In this document: positions 29,309-39,169 of the stretch, in pieces
Layout: every line of letters begins with the position of its first letter
How positions within the stretch are numbered: position 1 is the stretch's first letter
Assembly: GCA_016181175.1 (NCBI GenBank)
Contig: JACOZV010000001.1
Span: 75,778-139,777 of the forward strand
Direction of reading: 5' to 3'
Origin: Candidatus Yanofskybacteria bacterium
Lineage (GTDB): Bacteria > Patescibacteriota > Minisyncoccia > 2-02-FULL-40-12 > IGHO2-01-FULL-4-A
Length of the DNA: 64,000 bases
The notes under the pieces: model-generated
What the model was told of the DNA's origin: nothing
The model's input: the letters and a program-made list of their open reading frames with translations, nothing else
Databases searched by the model: none
Made by a program: the position numbers and the translations under genes

Positions 29309-29644
29309 ATGAAATATGATCTTGAAGAAAGGTGTGCGAAATTTGGTGAAAATATAATTTTATTTTTGAGTGGTTTAAAAAAAGATGAAATTAATCGGCC
29401 GCTTGTTGGCCAACTGATCAGATCGGCTACAAGTATCGGTGCCAATTACATGGAAGCAAATCAGGCTGCATCCAAAAAAGATTTTATTAATAAAACAAGA
29501 AATAGCCAAAAAGAAGCTAATGAGAGCAAGCATTGGCTAAGAATGATTGCTGTTGCTTCGCCGAATCACAAAGAAAGTTGTAGAAAACATTGGCAAGAGG
29601 CCCATGAGTTGACGTTAATTTTTGCCAAAATTAGCAAGAGTTAG
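29309..29644 (+). CDS. Four-helix-bundle protein of the 23S rRNA intervening-sequence protein family (TIGR02436-like; Avd-like fold)
   Basis: 111 aa; DLEERCAKFGENIILF…VGQLIRSATSIGANYMEANQAASKKDFINK…ESKHWLRM matches the S23p/4HB family consensus. Confidence 0.8.
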   Translation: MKYDLEERCAKFGENIILFLSGLKKDEINRPLVGQLIRSATSIGANYMEANQAASKKDFINKTRNSQKEANESKHWLRMIAVASPNHKESCRKHWQEAHELTLIFAKISKS

Positions 29645-29654
29645 TTTTTGAACC

Positions 29655-29707
29655 CTTTTAAACATTAAGATTTATTTAAAAATTATAAAATTACAAAATT
29701 AAAAATT
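29655..29707. repeat. Right arm of the AT-rich palindromic hairpin repeat (family A)
   Basis: AAACATTAAGATTTATTTAAAAATTATAAAATTACAAAATTAAAAATT matches the 3' half of the 37306..37410 copy. Confidence 0.7.
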
Positions 29708-30754
29708 ATGGTCAACGCAATTTATATTTTTGCTAGTTTAATCGTTGGCGCCCTATTTGTTCTAGTCGTTTTTAAGTCGAGTAAGCATTCAAAGGATGAT
29801 CAAGGTTTACAGACGATCAATCAGCGTTTAGACACTCTTAGTGTTTCAATGAATCAAGCTTTACGGGACACGGTGAAAATGGTGGCCGATCAGCTCAAAG
29901 ATAGCCGCGAGTCGGTGGAGAGGTCATCGCTGGCAGTCAATCAACAGGTGCAGGGGTTTACTACGGGTCTGACGCAGTTGAGTGAAAATCTTAAAAGCGT
30001 GCACGAGAGCGTGAAAAACGTTTCCTCTTTTCAAGATATTTTCAAAGCGCCCAAACTTCGCGGTATTTGGGGTGAAGCATCGCTTGAAGCATCGCTGGCG
30101 CAGTATTTTCCCAAGGATCGCTATGAAATTCAGCATTACTTCAAATCGGGTGAAGCCGTGGATGCTGTTTTGAGACTGCCTAACGATTTAATTTTGCCGA
30201 TTGACTCCAAATTCAACTGGGAAAATTTTGAGAAGATGGTAAATTCCGATAATGATATCGCGCGCGAACAATACAAAAAAACATTTTTGTCTGATGTGAA
30301 GAAAAAAATTGACGAGATCGCATCCAAGTATCTTTTGCCGTCAGAGGGCACGACTGATTTTGCCTTGATGTATGTGCCGGCAGAAACGGTTTATTATGAG
30401 GTTGTAAATAATATCAAAGATGTTGATTTGCCGGCTTATGCTTTGAGCAAAAAAGTTTTTTTGGTTTCACCTAATACGTTTATGTTGTCGGTTTCGGCGA
30501 TCGGGCACTGGCTCAAAGATGTCCAGCTCAATAAGCAGACCAAAGATATAATGAAGCGGTTGGAGCGCATAGCTCTTGATGGTCGCAAGTTGGGTGATGA
30601 CTTCAAACGGCTGGGAAAACACTTATCTGACGCTCGCGGATCTTATGATGATTCGGAAAAGCGGCTTACACTCATGGTAGATCGCGTGCAGAATGTGGTT
30701 GAGCTTGAGGATGGCAAGGGGGATGGCAAAAATGAGGGGAATCTGTTAAATTAA
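29708..30754 (+). CDS. rmuC: DNA recombination protein RmuC
   Basis: N-terminal TM, coiled coil, conserved RmuC C-terminal block (…FALMYVPAETVYYEV…VSPNTFM…). Confidence 0.8.
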   Translation: MVNAIYIFASLIVGALFVLVVFKSSKHSKDDQGLQTINQRLDTLSVSMNQALRDTVKMVADQLKDSRESVERSSLAVNQQVQGFTTGLTQLSENLKSVHESVKNVSSFQDIFKAPKLRGIWGEASLEASLAQYFPKDRYEIQHYFKSGEAVDAVLRLPNDLILPIDSKFNWENFEKMVNSDNDIAREQYKKTFLSDVKKKIDEIASKYLLPSEGTTDFALMYVPAETVYYEVVNNIKDVDLPAYALSKKVFLVSPNTFMLSVSAIGHWLKDVQLNKQTKDIMKRLERIALDGRKLGDDFKRLGKHLSDARGSYDDSEKRLTLMVDRVQNVVELEDGKGDGKNEGNLLN

Positions 30755-30769
30755 TTTTTTAATAAAAAT

Positions 30770-32818
30770 ATGATTACTGTAATTTTTGCGATAAGTATTT
30801 TGGGGATAGGGGTGGCTTTTTGGTTGGCGCGACATGTTTTGAGTCAGGATACTGGAACGGATAAAATGCGCGAGGTTGCCAGAGCTATTCAGGAAGGAGC
30901 ACAGGCGTTTTTGAAGCGGCAGTATACGACTATTGCTATTTTATCGGCAGTTTTGACTGTTGTTATTTTTGTTCTATATTTGCTAGCCGGTAAAACCGAT
31001 TTGGGTTTGAAAACCGCCCTGGCATTCGCGCTTGGTGCAGTTGCTTCTGGTGCGGCTGGATTTATTGGGATGTATATTTCGGTGAGAGTTAATCTTCGCG
31101 TTGCTGCAGCCGCTGGTGCAAGTTTAAACAAAGCACTGAGGACCGCCATCCGCGGTGGAGCCGTATCCGGTATTTTAGTGGTATCGCTTTCGCTTTTGGG
31201 TGTTGCCGGACTTTTTGTTTTATTCGGCGGCCTTAAGAACCCACTTCTTGTTCCTCTTGAGATCGTAGGTTTTGGTTTTGGTGCTAGTTTTGTGGCTCTT
31301 TTTGCGCAACTTGGCGGAGGCATTTATACAAAAGCAGCAGATGTAGGAGCTGATTTAGTGGGCAAGGTGGAGGCTGGTATACCCGAAGATGACCCGCGCA
31401 ACCCGGCGGTTATCGCCGATTTGGTTGGCGATAATGTTGGTGACTGTGCCGGGCGCGGTGCTGATCTGTTTGAGTCCACTGCGGCTGAAAATATCGGTGC
31501 TATGATTTTGGGTATCATCTTGTTTCCAGTTTTCGGCGTAAGCGGTATTATTTTCCCTTTGGTTGCCAGAGCATTTGGGCTCATCGCATCAATGATCGGC
31601 ATTATTTCCGTCAAATCAAAAGAAAACGAAGATCCGATGCACGCCTTGAATCGCGGTTATTATCTGACAACCGCGCTTGCCGCTGTCGGTTTGTTTGTCG
31701 CGACGTATTATCTTTTGCACGAACATTGGTTATGGTTATTTTTGGCCGGTATAGTCGGGATTGTTACCAGCCAGATTTTTGTTCATCTGACGCAATATTA
31801 TACAGAATATAAATATAGGCCTGTAAAAGAAATCGCTGAAGCATCGCAAACCGGTCCGGCGACTAACATTATCACTGGTTTTGCCGTAGGCCTTGAGTCG
31901 GCCGCCTTGCCTGTGGTTGTAATTTCCGCGGCACTTGCCGGCTCTTATTTTCTGGGATTAAAGACTGGCGTTGCGGGCGGAGGACTGTATGGGACCGCTG
32001 TGGCGACGATGGGAATGCTGGCAACTGCCGCGTATATTCTTGCAATGGATACATTTGGTCCGATCACGGACAATGCCGGAGGCATAGTTGAGATGTCGCA
32101 AGCGCCGGAAGAAGTCCGCCGCAAGACTGACAGATTGGATGCAGTTGGCAACACAACCAAGGCTCTGACTAAAGGATATGCCGTTGGTTCCGCGGCGCTG
32201 GCGGCGTTTCTCCTATTTTCGGCTTATTTGCAGGACGCCCATCTTTCTGCGGTTGACTTGGCCAAGCCGCTGGTGTTTATCGGAGGACTAATTGGAGCCA
32301 TGTTGGTATTTTTATTCTCGGCTCTTGCAATACGCGCAGTAGGCAAAGCGGCTTACTACATTATTAATGATGTTAGGGCGCAATTCCGTGAAAATCCAGG
32401 AATTATGCAGGGAACTTCAAAGCCTGACTATGCACGTTCGGTTGATATTGCCACCCGCGGCGCGCTTAAAGAAATGGTCGCGCCTGGTCTTGTTGCGGTA
32501 TTGGTACCAACTAGTGTTGGATTCATACTTGGTCCGGAAGCGGTTGGCGCAACTTTAATGGTTGGTACGATTGCGGGTGTGATTTTGGCGCTGGTGCTTA
32601 ATACTGGGGGCGGAGCATGGGATAATGCAAAAAAATGGATTGAAACTGGCGAGTTTGGCGGCAAAGGTTCCGATGCGCACAAAGCGGCAGTAGTTGGCGA
32701 TACGGTTGGCGATCCGTTCAAAGATACCGCCGGTCCCTCGCTTCACGTTTTAATTAAATTACTCTCAACCCTGACTCTTGTTCTCGCGCCGATGTTTTTG
32801 GCTCGGCATTTGTTCTAA
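30770..32818 (+). CDS. hppA: Membrane-bound proton/sodium-translocating pyrophosphatase
   Basis: 682 aa polytopic; signature GGIYTKAADVGADLVGKVE and DNVGDCAGRGADLFES. Confidence 0.9.
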   Translation: MITVIFAISILGIGVAFWLARHVLSQDTGTDKMREVARAIQEGAQAFLKRQYTTIAILSAVLTVVIFVLYLLAGKTDLGLKTALAFALGAVASGAAGFIGMYISVRVNLRVAAAAGASLNKALRTAIRGGAVSGILVVSLSLLGVAGLFVLFGGLKNPLLVPLEIVGFGFGASFVALFAQLGGGIYTKAADVGADLVGKVEAGIPEDDPRNPAVIADLVGDNVGDCAGRGADLFESTAAENIGAMILGIILFPVFGVSGIIFPLVARAFGLIASMIGIISVKSKENEDPMHALNRGYYLTTALAAVGLFVATYYLLHEHWLWLFLAGIVGIVTSQIFVHLTQYYTEYKYRPVKEIAEASQTGPATNIITGFAVGLESAALPVVVISAALAGSYFLGLKTGVAGGGLYGTAVATMGMLATAAYILAMDTFGPITDNAGGIVEMSQAPEEVRRKTDRLDAVGNTTKALTKGYAVGSAALAAFLLFSAYLQDAHLSAVDLAKPLVFIGGLIGAMLVFLFSALAIRAVGKAAYYIINDVRAQFRENPGIMQGTSKPDYARSVDIATRGALKEMVAPGLVAVLVPTSVGFILGPEAVGATLMVGTIAGVILALVLNTGGGAWDNAKKWIETGEFGGKGSDAHKAAVVGDTVGDPFKDTAGPSLHVLIKLLSTLTLVLAPMFLARHLF

Positions 32819-32904
32819 AAGCAAAAGTAATTTTACCGTTGCGCAACAGTTATTTTTTTGTTAAGTTTAGTTTGTGTTTTTTTTAAAATTATGGAGCATG
32901 AGAA

Positions 32905-33141
32905 GTGTCCAAACAGCAATCAGAAAAACTTTTAAAAAAGGAAACAGAAGAAAGATCCGGCAGAAAATGTCATTGCGGCGGCGATGTCATAAGAATAAAA
33001 TTTTGGAGAGTATATATTCCGCCAAGCTTGCGTGATTTTGTAATGGGAGTTATAGAAGAAACACAATACGTGGAAGATTTTACACCGTTTCATTGCAAAA
33101 AATGCGGTATCCAGTATTTTAAACTGCCAGAGAAAAGGTAA
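32905..33141 (+). CDS. Small zinc-ribbon protein (CxCGG … CKKCG)
   Basis: 78 aa with CHCGG and CKKCG cysteine pairs. Confidence 0.4.
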   Translation: MSKQQSEKLLKKETEERSGRKCHCGGDVIRIKFWRVYIPPSLRDFVMGVIEETQYVEDFTPFHCKKCGIQYFKLPEKR

Positions 33142-33311
33142 ACAGGGCTTGACTTCATATTTCGGATTTGCTATACTCGTAATCATAAACCTGGGGTTAA
33201 TTTTACGAATCAAACCTCAACCAATTGGTCGTCCTCGGACGGCCTTTTTTTGCAAATAATCAGTCTACTCAAATTTTTGGATTAGAAATAAAAAGAACAT
33301 CTCTCGATGTT

Positions 33312-33584
33312 CTAAACACGATTTTTGAGATTCGTGGGGTGTGACGTGAAGTAGATATAAATGCACAATGTAAATAGTCCAAAAATTATCGATCCAACAG
33401 GACTGAAATGCAACACATGGAATGCTATCAAGATAGTTAGAGGAATAATTACAATACCACCCCAACTTTTTATAACCTCTCGAAGCGTTGTTTTTTTATT
33501 TCGTATTTCACGAATATCAACAACAATCTTAAATAACAATATAATAAAAACCAAGAACCAAATCAGCCACTGCATGGTTATCAC
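33312..33584 (-). CDS. Small hypothetical membrane protein (2-3 TM helices)
   Basis: 90 aa, hydrophobic helices; no homology recognised. Confidence 0.4.
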   Translation of the reverse strand: MITMQWLIWFLVFIILLFKIVVDIREIRNKKTTLREVIKSWGGIVIIPLTILIAFHVLHFSPVGSIIFGLFTLCIYIYFTSHPTNLKNRV

Positions 33585-33799
33585 TCCATTTTAAAGAACA
33601 AGCCGCACGAAAAGCATAAACCCTGTATGCCAGTTTGTCAATAGTCAAAAAACTTGAGTATAATATTGGAGCGAGGTTTGTGGATAACTAACTTATCTTG
33701 TTTCTTAATAAAATGTTAAAATTTACCTGTATTACTTAATTTTTTATTAAGCCCCTCCTTTGCTAAAGCTTCGGAGGGCGAAGGAAGGGAGGTGTTTGT

Positions 33800-34483
33800 A
33801 TGTTAGAAGTTACAGCAGCATCAGATGTGGTGAGGGCGTCCTTGTTGACCCTTTGGGGCAACGTCGCGGGATTTTTACCGCGCTTGGTTGCCGCCATTGT
33901 GGTCTTTTTAGTTGGTTGGCTCGTGGCGATTCTTATCGCCAAACTGGTTTGGCACATTGTTAGATTGATAAGATTGGATCGCGCGCTTGAAGGTGTCGGT
34001 TTCAGAAGAGTCTGGGAGCGAAGCGGTTACAAATTGAACAGCCCGCTTTTCTTTTATGAACTCGTAAAGTGGTTTTTCATAGTTGTATTTTTGATGGCCG
34101 CAACCGATATTCTTGGTTTGGGTCAGGTAGCAGGATTTTTGCGCAGTGTTGTGAATTATTTGCCAAACGTTTTCGTCGCGGCATTTGTCCTGTTAATCGG
34201 TGTTTTGGTCGCAAAGTTTTTGGAGGGAGTGGTTAGAGGTTCAGTCAAGGCAGCGCAATTGGCATCGGCTAATTTTCTCGGTTCATTGGCCAAGTGGGCA
34301 GTGATTATCTTTTCATTGCTAGTAGCTTTGAGCCAATTAATGGTGGCCGAAGAGATTATCAGGATTGTTGTTATGGGAGTAGTTGCCGGTGGCGCGTTAG
34401 CTTTCGGTTTGGCTTTTGGTTTGGGCGGACGAGCGCATGCCGATGAATGGATAGGAAAAATGAGAAGGCATATTGGAGAATAA
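33800..34483 (+). CDS. Membrane protein with three tandem 'conserved TM helix' repeats (MscS N-terminal-like)
   Basis: Three repeats of about 55 aa (…NVAGFLPRLVAAIVVFLVGWLVA… / …VAGFLRSVVNYLPNVFVAAFVLLIGVLVA… / …ANFLGSLAKWAVIIFSLLVA…); SD-like GGGAGG upstream. Confidence 0.55.
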   Translation: MLEVTAASDVVRASLLTLWGNVAGFLPRLVAAIVVFLVGWLVAILIAKLVWHIVRLIRLDRALEGVGFRRVWERSGYKLNSPLFFYELVKWFFIVVFLMAATDILGLGQVAGFLRSVVNYLPNVFVAAFVLLIGVLVAKFLEGVVRGSVKAAQLASANFLGSLAKWAVIIFSLLVALSQLMVAEEIIRIVVMGVVAGGALAFGLAFGLGGRAHADEWIGKMRRHIGE

Positions 34484-34525
34484 AAGAAACCAGAGTTAAG
34501 TGACTATAGACTATAGCCATTTGAA

Positions 34526-34560
34526 AACAACACCCGCTAAAGCGGGTGTTGTGATTTTTA
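34526..34560 (+). terminator. Rho-independent terminator
   Basis: AACAACACCCGC-TAAA-GCGGGTGTTGT followed by GATTTTTAT. Confidence 0.75.
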
Positions 34561-34583
34561 TCAACAAGCTATCCCATGACTAG

Positions 34584-34612
34584 TTGACGCTGTTTTTTTG
34601 TTTTGCTACAAT
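34584..34612 (+). promoter_or_regulatory. rRNA operon promoter (sigma70 consensus-like)
   Basis: TTGACG-17 nt-TACAAT; downstream leader contains several hairpins and the 5' half of the 23S processing stem. Confidence 0.65.
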
Positions 34613-35151
34613 GGCCATAATCAAATATATGAATAAATTCCACAATAATTTCATAACAAAAAGCGGCTGAAGCCAAGTTCTTAATTTGCGTTTACAAGCA
34701 GCCGCGTAAATCGCGGATTTTTTATCAAAATTGAATATATTAGAGCCATTATTGGCTGTCGTCGGGCATCTCCTTACGGAGGTGCCCGACGGAAGCTAAC
34801 ACTAAACCGATTGAATAGATTGCAATTTAAAAAATAAATAGTTAGCGGGTATCCCGGTTAGAGCTTGCGATTGCCACAAGTGGCAATCCACCTCTAACGG
34901 GATTAAAAAATTGCATTTCTGCATTTAGAAATGAGTTCCAAAATGCAGAATAAGTAGATTGAATTCGATCTATCAATAGAGATCGAGGATTTAATCTTGT
35001 AAGGAATTATTAAGGGCGTATGGAGGATGCCTTGACACCAAAAGGCGACGAAGGACGTGGCGTGACGACGATATGCTTCGGGGAGCCGTCTAGCGGGCTT
35101 TGATCCGGAACATCTCAGTAGCCAGAGGAAAATAAAACAAACCCCGCACCT

Positions 35152-35273
35152 TTTGAGCACAAGATTTTATTTGGCATCCGCATTGTGATGCGTGGCTGAC
35201 GGATATTAATTATTTGTTGTTTGCGCACTACATTTCGGAATCTAATTGACACTAGTGCTTAAAAGGTGCGGGG
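35152..35273 (+). repeat. Hairpin insertion in the 23S 5' domain, flanked by 13-bp inverted repeat CCCCGCACCTTTT / AAAAGGTGCGGGG (family B)
   Basis: Inserted between GAGGAAAATAAAACAAA and AACATTTCCTAAGTAGCGGCGAGCGAA; same IR termini as 57160..57227 and 42283..42458. Confidence 0.65.
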
Positions 35274-35652
35274 AACATTTCCTAAGTAGCGGCGAGCGAA
35301 AGGGAAACAGTCTAAACTCTTGTTTATTAAGTTTACTTAGTGAGTGGGAGTGTTGTAGGAAGGATTTTTTTCTAAACACTGGACATCTGCATATACTCTT
35401 GTGCGGATATCCAGGAAATTAGGATTGAGTTACAAAGTTAGATGTTAGCTGAACGGTCCTGGAAAGGCCGACCAAAGAGGGTGATAGTCCCGTAAACCAA
35501 AACCTCTAATCTCAATCAACCGAGCACATAACTTTTAGGAGTTATGAGCTCGGTTGGAAAATCCTCTCCTGAGTACCCATGGAGCAGACTATCCGTGGCG
35601 AAGCCGGGCCTACTACGGTCCAAGACTAAATACTTTTGGTGATCGATAGTGA

Positions 35653-35686
<34 letters not shown>

Positions 35687-35799
35687 GGTTAGGGGAGTGA
35701 AATAGAACTGAAACCATATGCCTACAAAGAGCCGAAGCCCTTCCCGTCGCAAGACGGTCAGGGTGACGGTGTGCCTATTGAAGAATGATCCAACGAGTT

Positions 35800-36128
35800 T
35801 TTACAAGTGGTTTATCCAGCTTCACTTTTGGTTTATGATGACTTTATGTGGATAGTTTATATTATTCAGAACAATCTAACTGAAAAAATATATATTGGCT
35901 GTACAAATGATCTCAAGAAACGAGTCGAAAAGCATAACAGCCAAACAAATAAAGGTTATACAAGACGACTTATCGGTCAATGGATTTTGATATACGCGGA
36001 AGCTTATAGAAGCAAAGAAGATGCTTTTCGACGGGAGTCAAAACTCAAAGACCACGGTAGTTCTAAACATGAATTGAAGAAGAGAATCAGCAATTCATTG
36101 TTAAAACCAAAAGTGAGGCTGGATTAAG
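35800..36128 (+). mobile_element. Stem-bounded intervening sequence in the 23S helix-25 region carrying a GIY-YIG ORF
   Basis: 19-bp stem CCAGCTTCACTTTTGGTTT (35816-35834) / AAACCAAAAGTGAGGCTGG (36104-36122) enclosing the ORF; inserted between …GAATGATCCAACGAG and GGATAAGCCCGTATAGGG…GGAAACCGAGTG. Confidence 0.65.
35846..36127 (+). CDS. GIY-YIG nuclease-family protein (YhbQ/UPF0213-like) encoded inside the 23S IVS
   Basis: WIVYIIQNNLTEKIYIGCTNDLKKRVEKHN…YTRR…WILIYAEAYRSKEDAFRRESKLK is a GIY-YIG motif set; an alternative GTG start lies at 35807. Confidence 0.7.
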   Translation: MWIVYIIQNNLTEKIYIGCTNDLKKRVEKHNSQTNKGYTRRLIGQWILIYAEAYRSKEDAFRRESKLKDHGSSKHELKKRISNSLLKPKVRLD

Positions 36129-36582
36129 GATAAGCCCGTATAGGGTGCATCCGTAGGGAAACCGAGTGTTAAAAGCGCGACTTAATCGCTTGTAAAAGAC
36201 CCGAAGCCAGGTGAGCTACCCATGGCCAGGATGAAGTTTGTCGAAAGACAAATGGAGGTCCGAACTAGTTGATAGCGCAATATCATTGGATGAGCTGTGG
36301 GTCGGAGTGAAAAGCTTATCGAACCTGGTAATAGCTGGTTCTCCCCGAAATGCCTTTAGGGGCAGCGCCGGTGAGTAGTCGCGGGGGTAGAGCTCTGAAT
36401 GGTTTGCCGTGCCAGCAATGGTAGGCTTACCAAACAAACTACGAATACCGCGGTGTAATCGCCGGTAGTGAGACTGTGAGGGCAAAGCTTCATAGTCGCG
36501 ACGGGATTAGCCGTTTGACCACCGCTTAAGGTCCCTAAATCTATGCTAAGTGTTAAAGGAAGTCATTTTCCTTAGACAGGTA

Positions 36583-36624
<42 letters not shown>

Positions 36625-37305
36625 CAGCTTACTGCTCGAATTCTAATTTCGGTTAGACGAGGAAAGTGGCGCCGAAGATTCAACGGGGCTAAGCATAGTA
36701 CCGAATGCGTGGACCGTCCCGATTTATCGGGATGAGTGGTAGGGGAGCACTTCAAGCCGCTGCGAAGGTGTGTCGTGAGGCATGCTGGAGCGCTTGGAGG
36801 AGAGAATGTTGGAATGAGTAACCACAAGCGAGGTGAGAACCCTCGCCGCCGTAAGCCTAAGGTTTCCTCCGCAATGTCAATCACCGGAGGGTTAGGCGAC
36901 GCTAAGGATAACCGTGCCTACGGGCATGGGAAGCCGATGCTAAGCCGGTTAATATTCCGGCCCTTCCATATGTATTGATGGAGCGACGGAGGATATAAGC
37001 TGGAGCAGATTATTGGATTTCTGTTTTTGGATTCCAGGATTGTCGTTTGGAAAATCCGGCGACTGACTTTAATGTCAAAATACGAATTTGAAGAAATCAC
37101 GGGTAACCGTGGGATTCCAGTGAAGAGCCTTCCAAGAAAAACTTCTAAAATTATGCATATGGGAAACGTACTTAAAACCGACACAGGTGGGCTAGTGTAA
37201 GTGCACTAAGGCGAACGGGTGATTATTGGCTAAGGAACTCGGCAAAAAAGTGGCCGTACCTTCGGTATAAGGCCTACCTGACCGTGCCTCACTGCGTTCG
37301 GCACG

Positions 37306-37410
37306 AATTTTTAAATTTTTAATTTTATAATTTTAATAAATAATTTCTAATGTTTAAAAATTAAAAACATTAAGATTTATTTAAAAATTAAAAATTGGAA
37401 ATTAAAAATT
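37306..37410. repeat. AT-rich palindromic hairpin repeat (family A), full ORF-less copy inserted in a variable 23S helix near the helix-63 region
   Basis: AATTTTTAAATTTTTAATTTTATAATTTTAATAAATAATTTCTAATGTTTAAAAATTAAAAACATTAAGATTTATTTAAAAATTAAAAATTGGAAATTAAAAATT; arms are mutual reverse complements; central mini-hairpin TAATGTTT/AAACATTA; flanked by 23S exon sequence. Confidence 0.75.
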
Positions 37411-37632
37411 CTAACAAGCCGAGCATAGCGAGGCGCGGTTGGGTCGCAGCTAACGAACCCCTGGCGACTGTTTATCTAAAACACAACTCTGTGCTAAGCC
37501 GAAAGGCGCTGTATACAGGGTGACGCTTGTCCAGTGCTGGAACGTTAACGGTGGAGGTGGTATGCAGCAATGTGTATTGCCAACGCCCGAAGCGCCAGTG
37601 AACGACGGCGATAACTATAATCGTCCAAAGGT

Positions 37633-38949
37633 TTTGAGAATTTGTCAGATGGCAAGTTCTCAAAAGGACTTGGCCGATTGTAGTGAATTTATATTGATAA
37701 ACAAAAGTAGCTGCCTATCGCGTGACGAAAGTTTTACGCGATGTCTTAAAATATATTCGATCATATGCTGGAAAGTCTGAGTATCCACAACTACTATGGT
37801 ATGATGTTACCTTTGGTGATAAAATATATCTATGCCAAGTAAAAATGTTAGTGGTGCAGACGATCAGCAGGAAAGTCTGAAAATGATGGGTTGGATAACA
37901 GGTTTTGTTGATGGGGAAGGATGTTTTACTGTCAGTATATTCAAGAATTACAAAGCTCAACGCAAGCTCGGATGGCAAGTATTCCCTGAGTTTGTAGTTT
38001 CCCAAGGAGAGAAGAGCTTGAGCGTTCTCGAACTGATCAAGAACTACTTCAACTGTGGTTATATAATAAAAAATAAAAGGAACGATAACCACCACGAAGA
38101 TATGTTCAAATACTGTGTGAGATCTTTGTCGGATCTAGAAACCAAAATTGTGCCATTCTTTACCCAAAACAAACTCCTAACCGCAAAGCGAAGAGATTTT
38201 ATAATCTTTAAGGAAATCCTAAAAATGATGGGTCGCAAGGACCACCTTAACCTTAAAGGACTTAGAAAAATTGCCTCTCTAGCTTTGCAGATGAATCGTA
38301 AAAAAAGACCCAAGTTTTCAGAAATCCTCAGAGACTAAACGTCGAACCCGCTCAAATTTTTGGACTTAAATAAAAAAAACCTCAACTGAGGTTTCGATGA
38401 ATTTGCTATTAATAATCAATTATAGGAGCTTGTTCGTGCCGCTTATCTATACCTTTAAATCTACTGTCGGTACGGATTTTCCTAATGGTATTTCGTGGTA
38501 ATTCACATTGAATCAGCATAATATCATTGTTTCTGAGTTTAACATTAAATTCTACTATGCCATATTCTATAAAATATATAATAAGAGATGCTACCCAGCG
38601 TACATGAACACGAAGAGTTAATTTTTCCATGAATTTTCCACCTTTCTTTTGTGATTTAAAATGAACTTTGAAATGCAACACCAATAAACTAAATGTTTAC
38701 TGGTTTGCCCTACTCGCCCTGATTTGTAAAAGGATGAGGAAAATAAGGATAACCCTTTACTTTACTCGTCTTTTAGCTGATTTTTATTGTAAAATAAGGA
38801 CAAATCAGATGTTGCACTTCGGGGGTAAATGCGAGCGAAGAAACCCAGTGGTAAGTATAAATCAATTAAAATTTAGTGTCAATAGTCCAAAAATTTGAGC
38901 GGGAAGATATAGTCCGAACTGCATGGCGACATGCAGAGTAACATACTTA
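37633..38949 (+). mobile_element. Intron in 23S at the E. coli ~1917 site (CCAAAGGT | AGCGAAATTCC) carrying a LAGLIDADG homing-endonuclease gene
   Basis: Exon junction reconstitutes AAGGTAGCGAAATTCC; 1317-nt insert; internal 19-bp long-range pairing CCCGCTCAAATTTTTGGAC / GTCCAAAAATTTGAGCGGG; 3' motif GAACTGCATGGCGACATGCAGAG shared with the insert at 39499. Confidence 0.7.
37832..38338 (+). CDS. LAGLIDADG homing endonuclease (single-motif, I-CreI-like), intron-encoded
   Basis: 168 aa; MMGWITGFVDGEGCF LAGLIDADG motif. Confidence 0.8.
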   Translation: MPSKNVSGADDQQESLKMMGWITGFVDGEGCFTVSIFKNYKAQRKLGWQVFPEFVVSQGEKSLSVLELIKNYFNCGYIIKNKRNDNHHEDMFKYCVRSLSDLETKIVPFFTQNKLLTAKRRDFIIFKEILKMMGRKDHLNLKGLRKIASLALQMNRKKRPKFSEILRD

Positions 38950-39169
38950 AGCGAAATTCCTTGTGGGGTAAGTTCCCACGCGCATGAATAGCGGAACGAC
39001 TGGGGGACTGTCTCAGCCAATAGCCCGGTGAAAATGCAATGTCAGTAAACGAGTTTTTATGCGTAGTGTAGTGGCGAGCCTTTGAAGTCATGTTCTTGGA
39101 TGTGATGGAGGCGACAATGAAACAGCCATCTTAAAGACTTGTAATTCTAACTGGTGTAACCCTAGGAGG

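Noticed and set aside
29309-29644. Possibility that the four-helix-bundle (Avd-like) gene marks a diversity-generating retroelement targeting the giant surface proteins
   Set aside because: No reverse transcriptase (YxDD) ORF was seen anywhere in the window, and no template/variable repeat pair was found by eye. The gene is better explained as an IVS-type element passenger.
38409-38684. 91-aa minus-strand ORF inside the 37633..38949 intron
   Set aside because: It is antisense to the intron and has no motif or RBS. It is probably non-coding intron structure, enclosed by the 19-bp long-range pairing.
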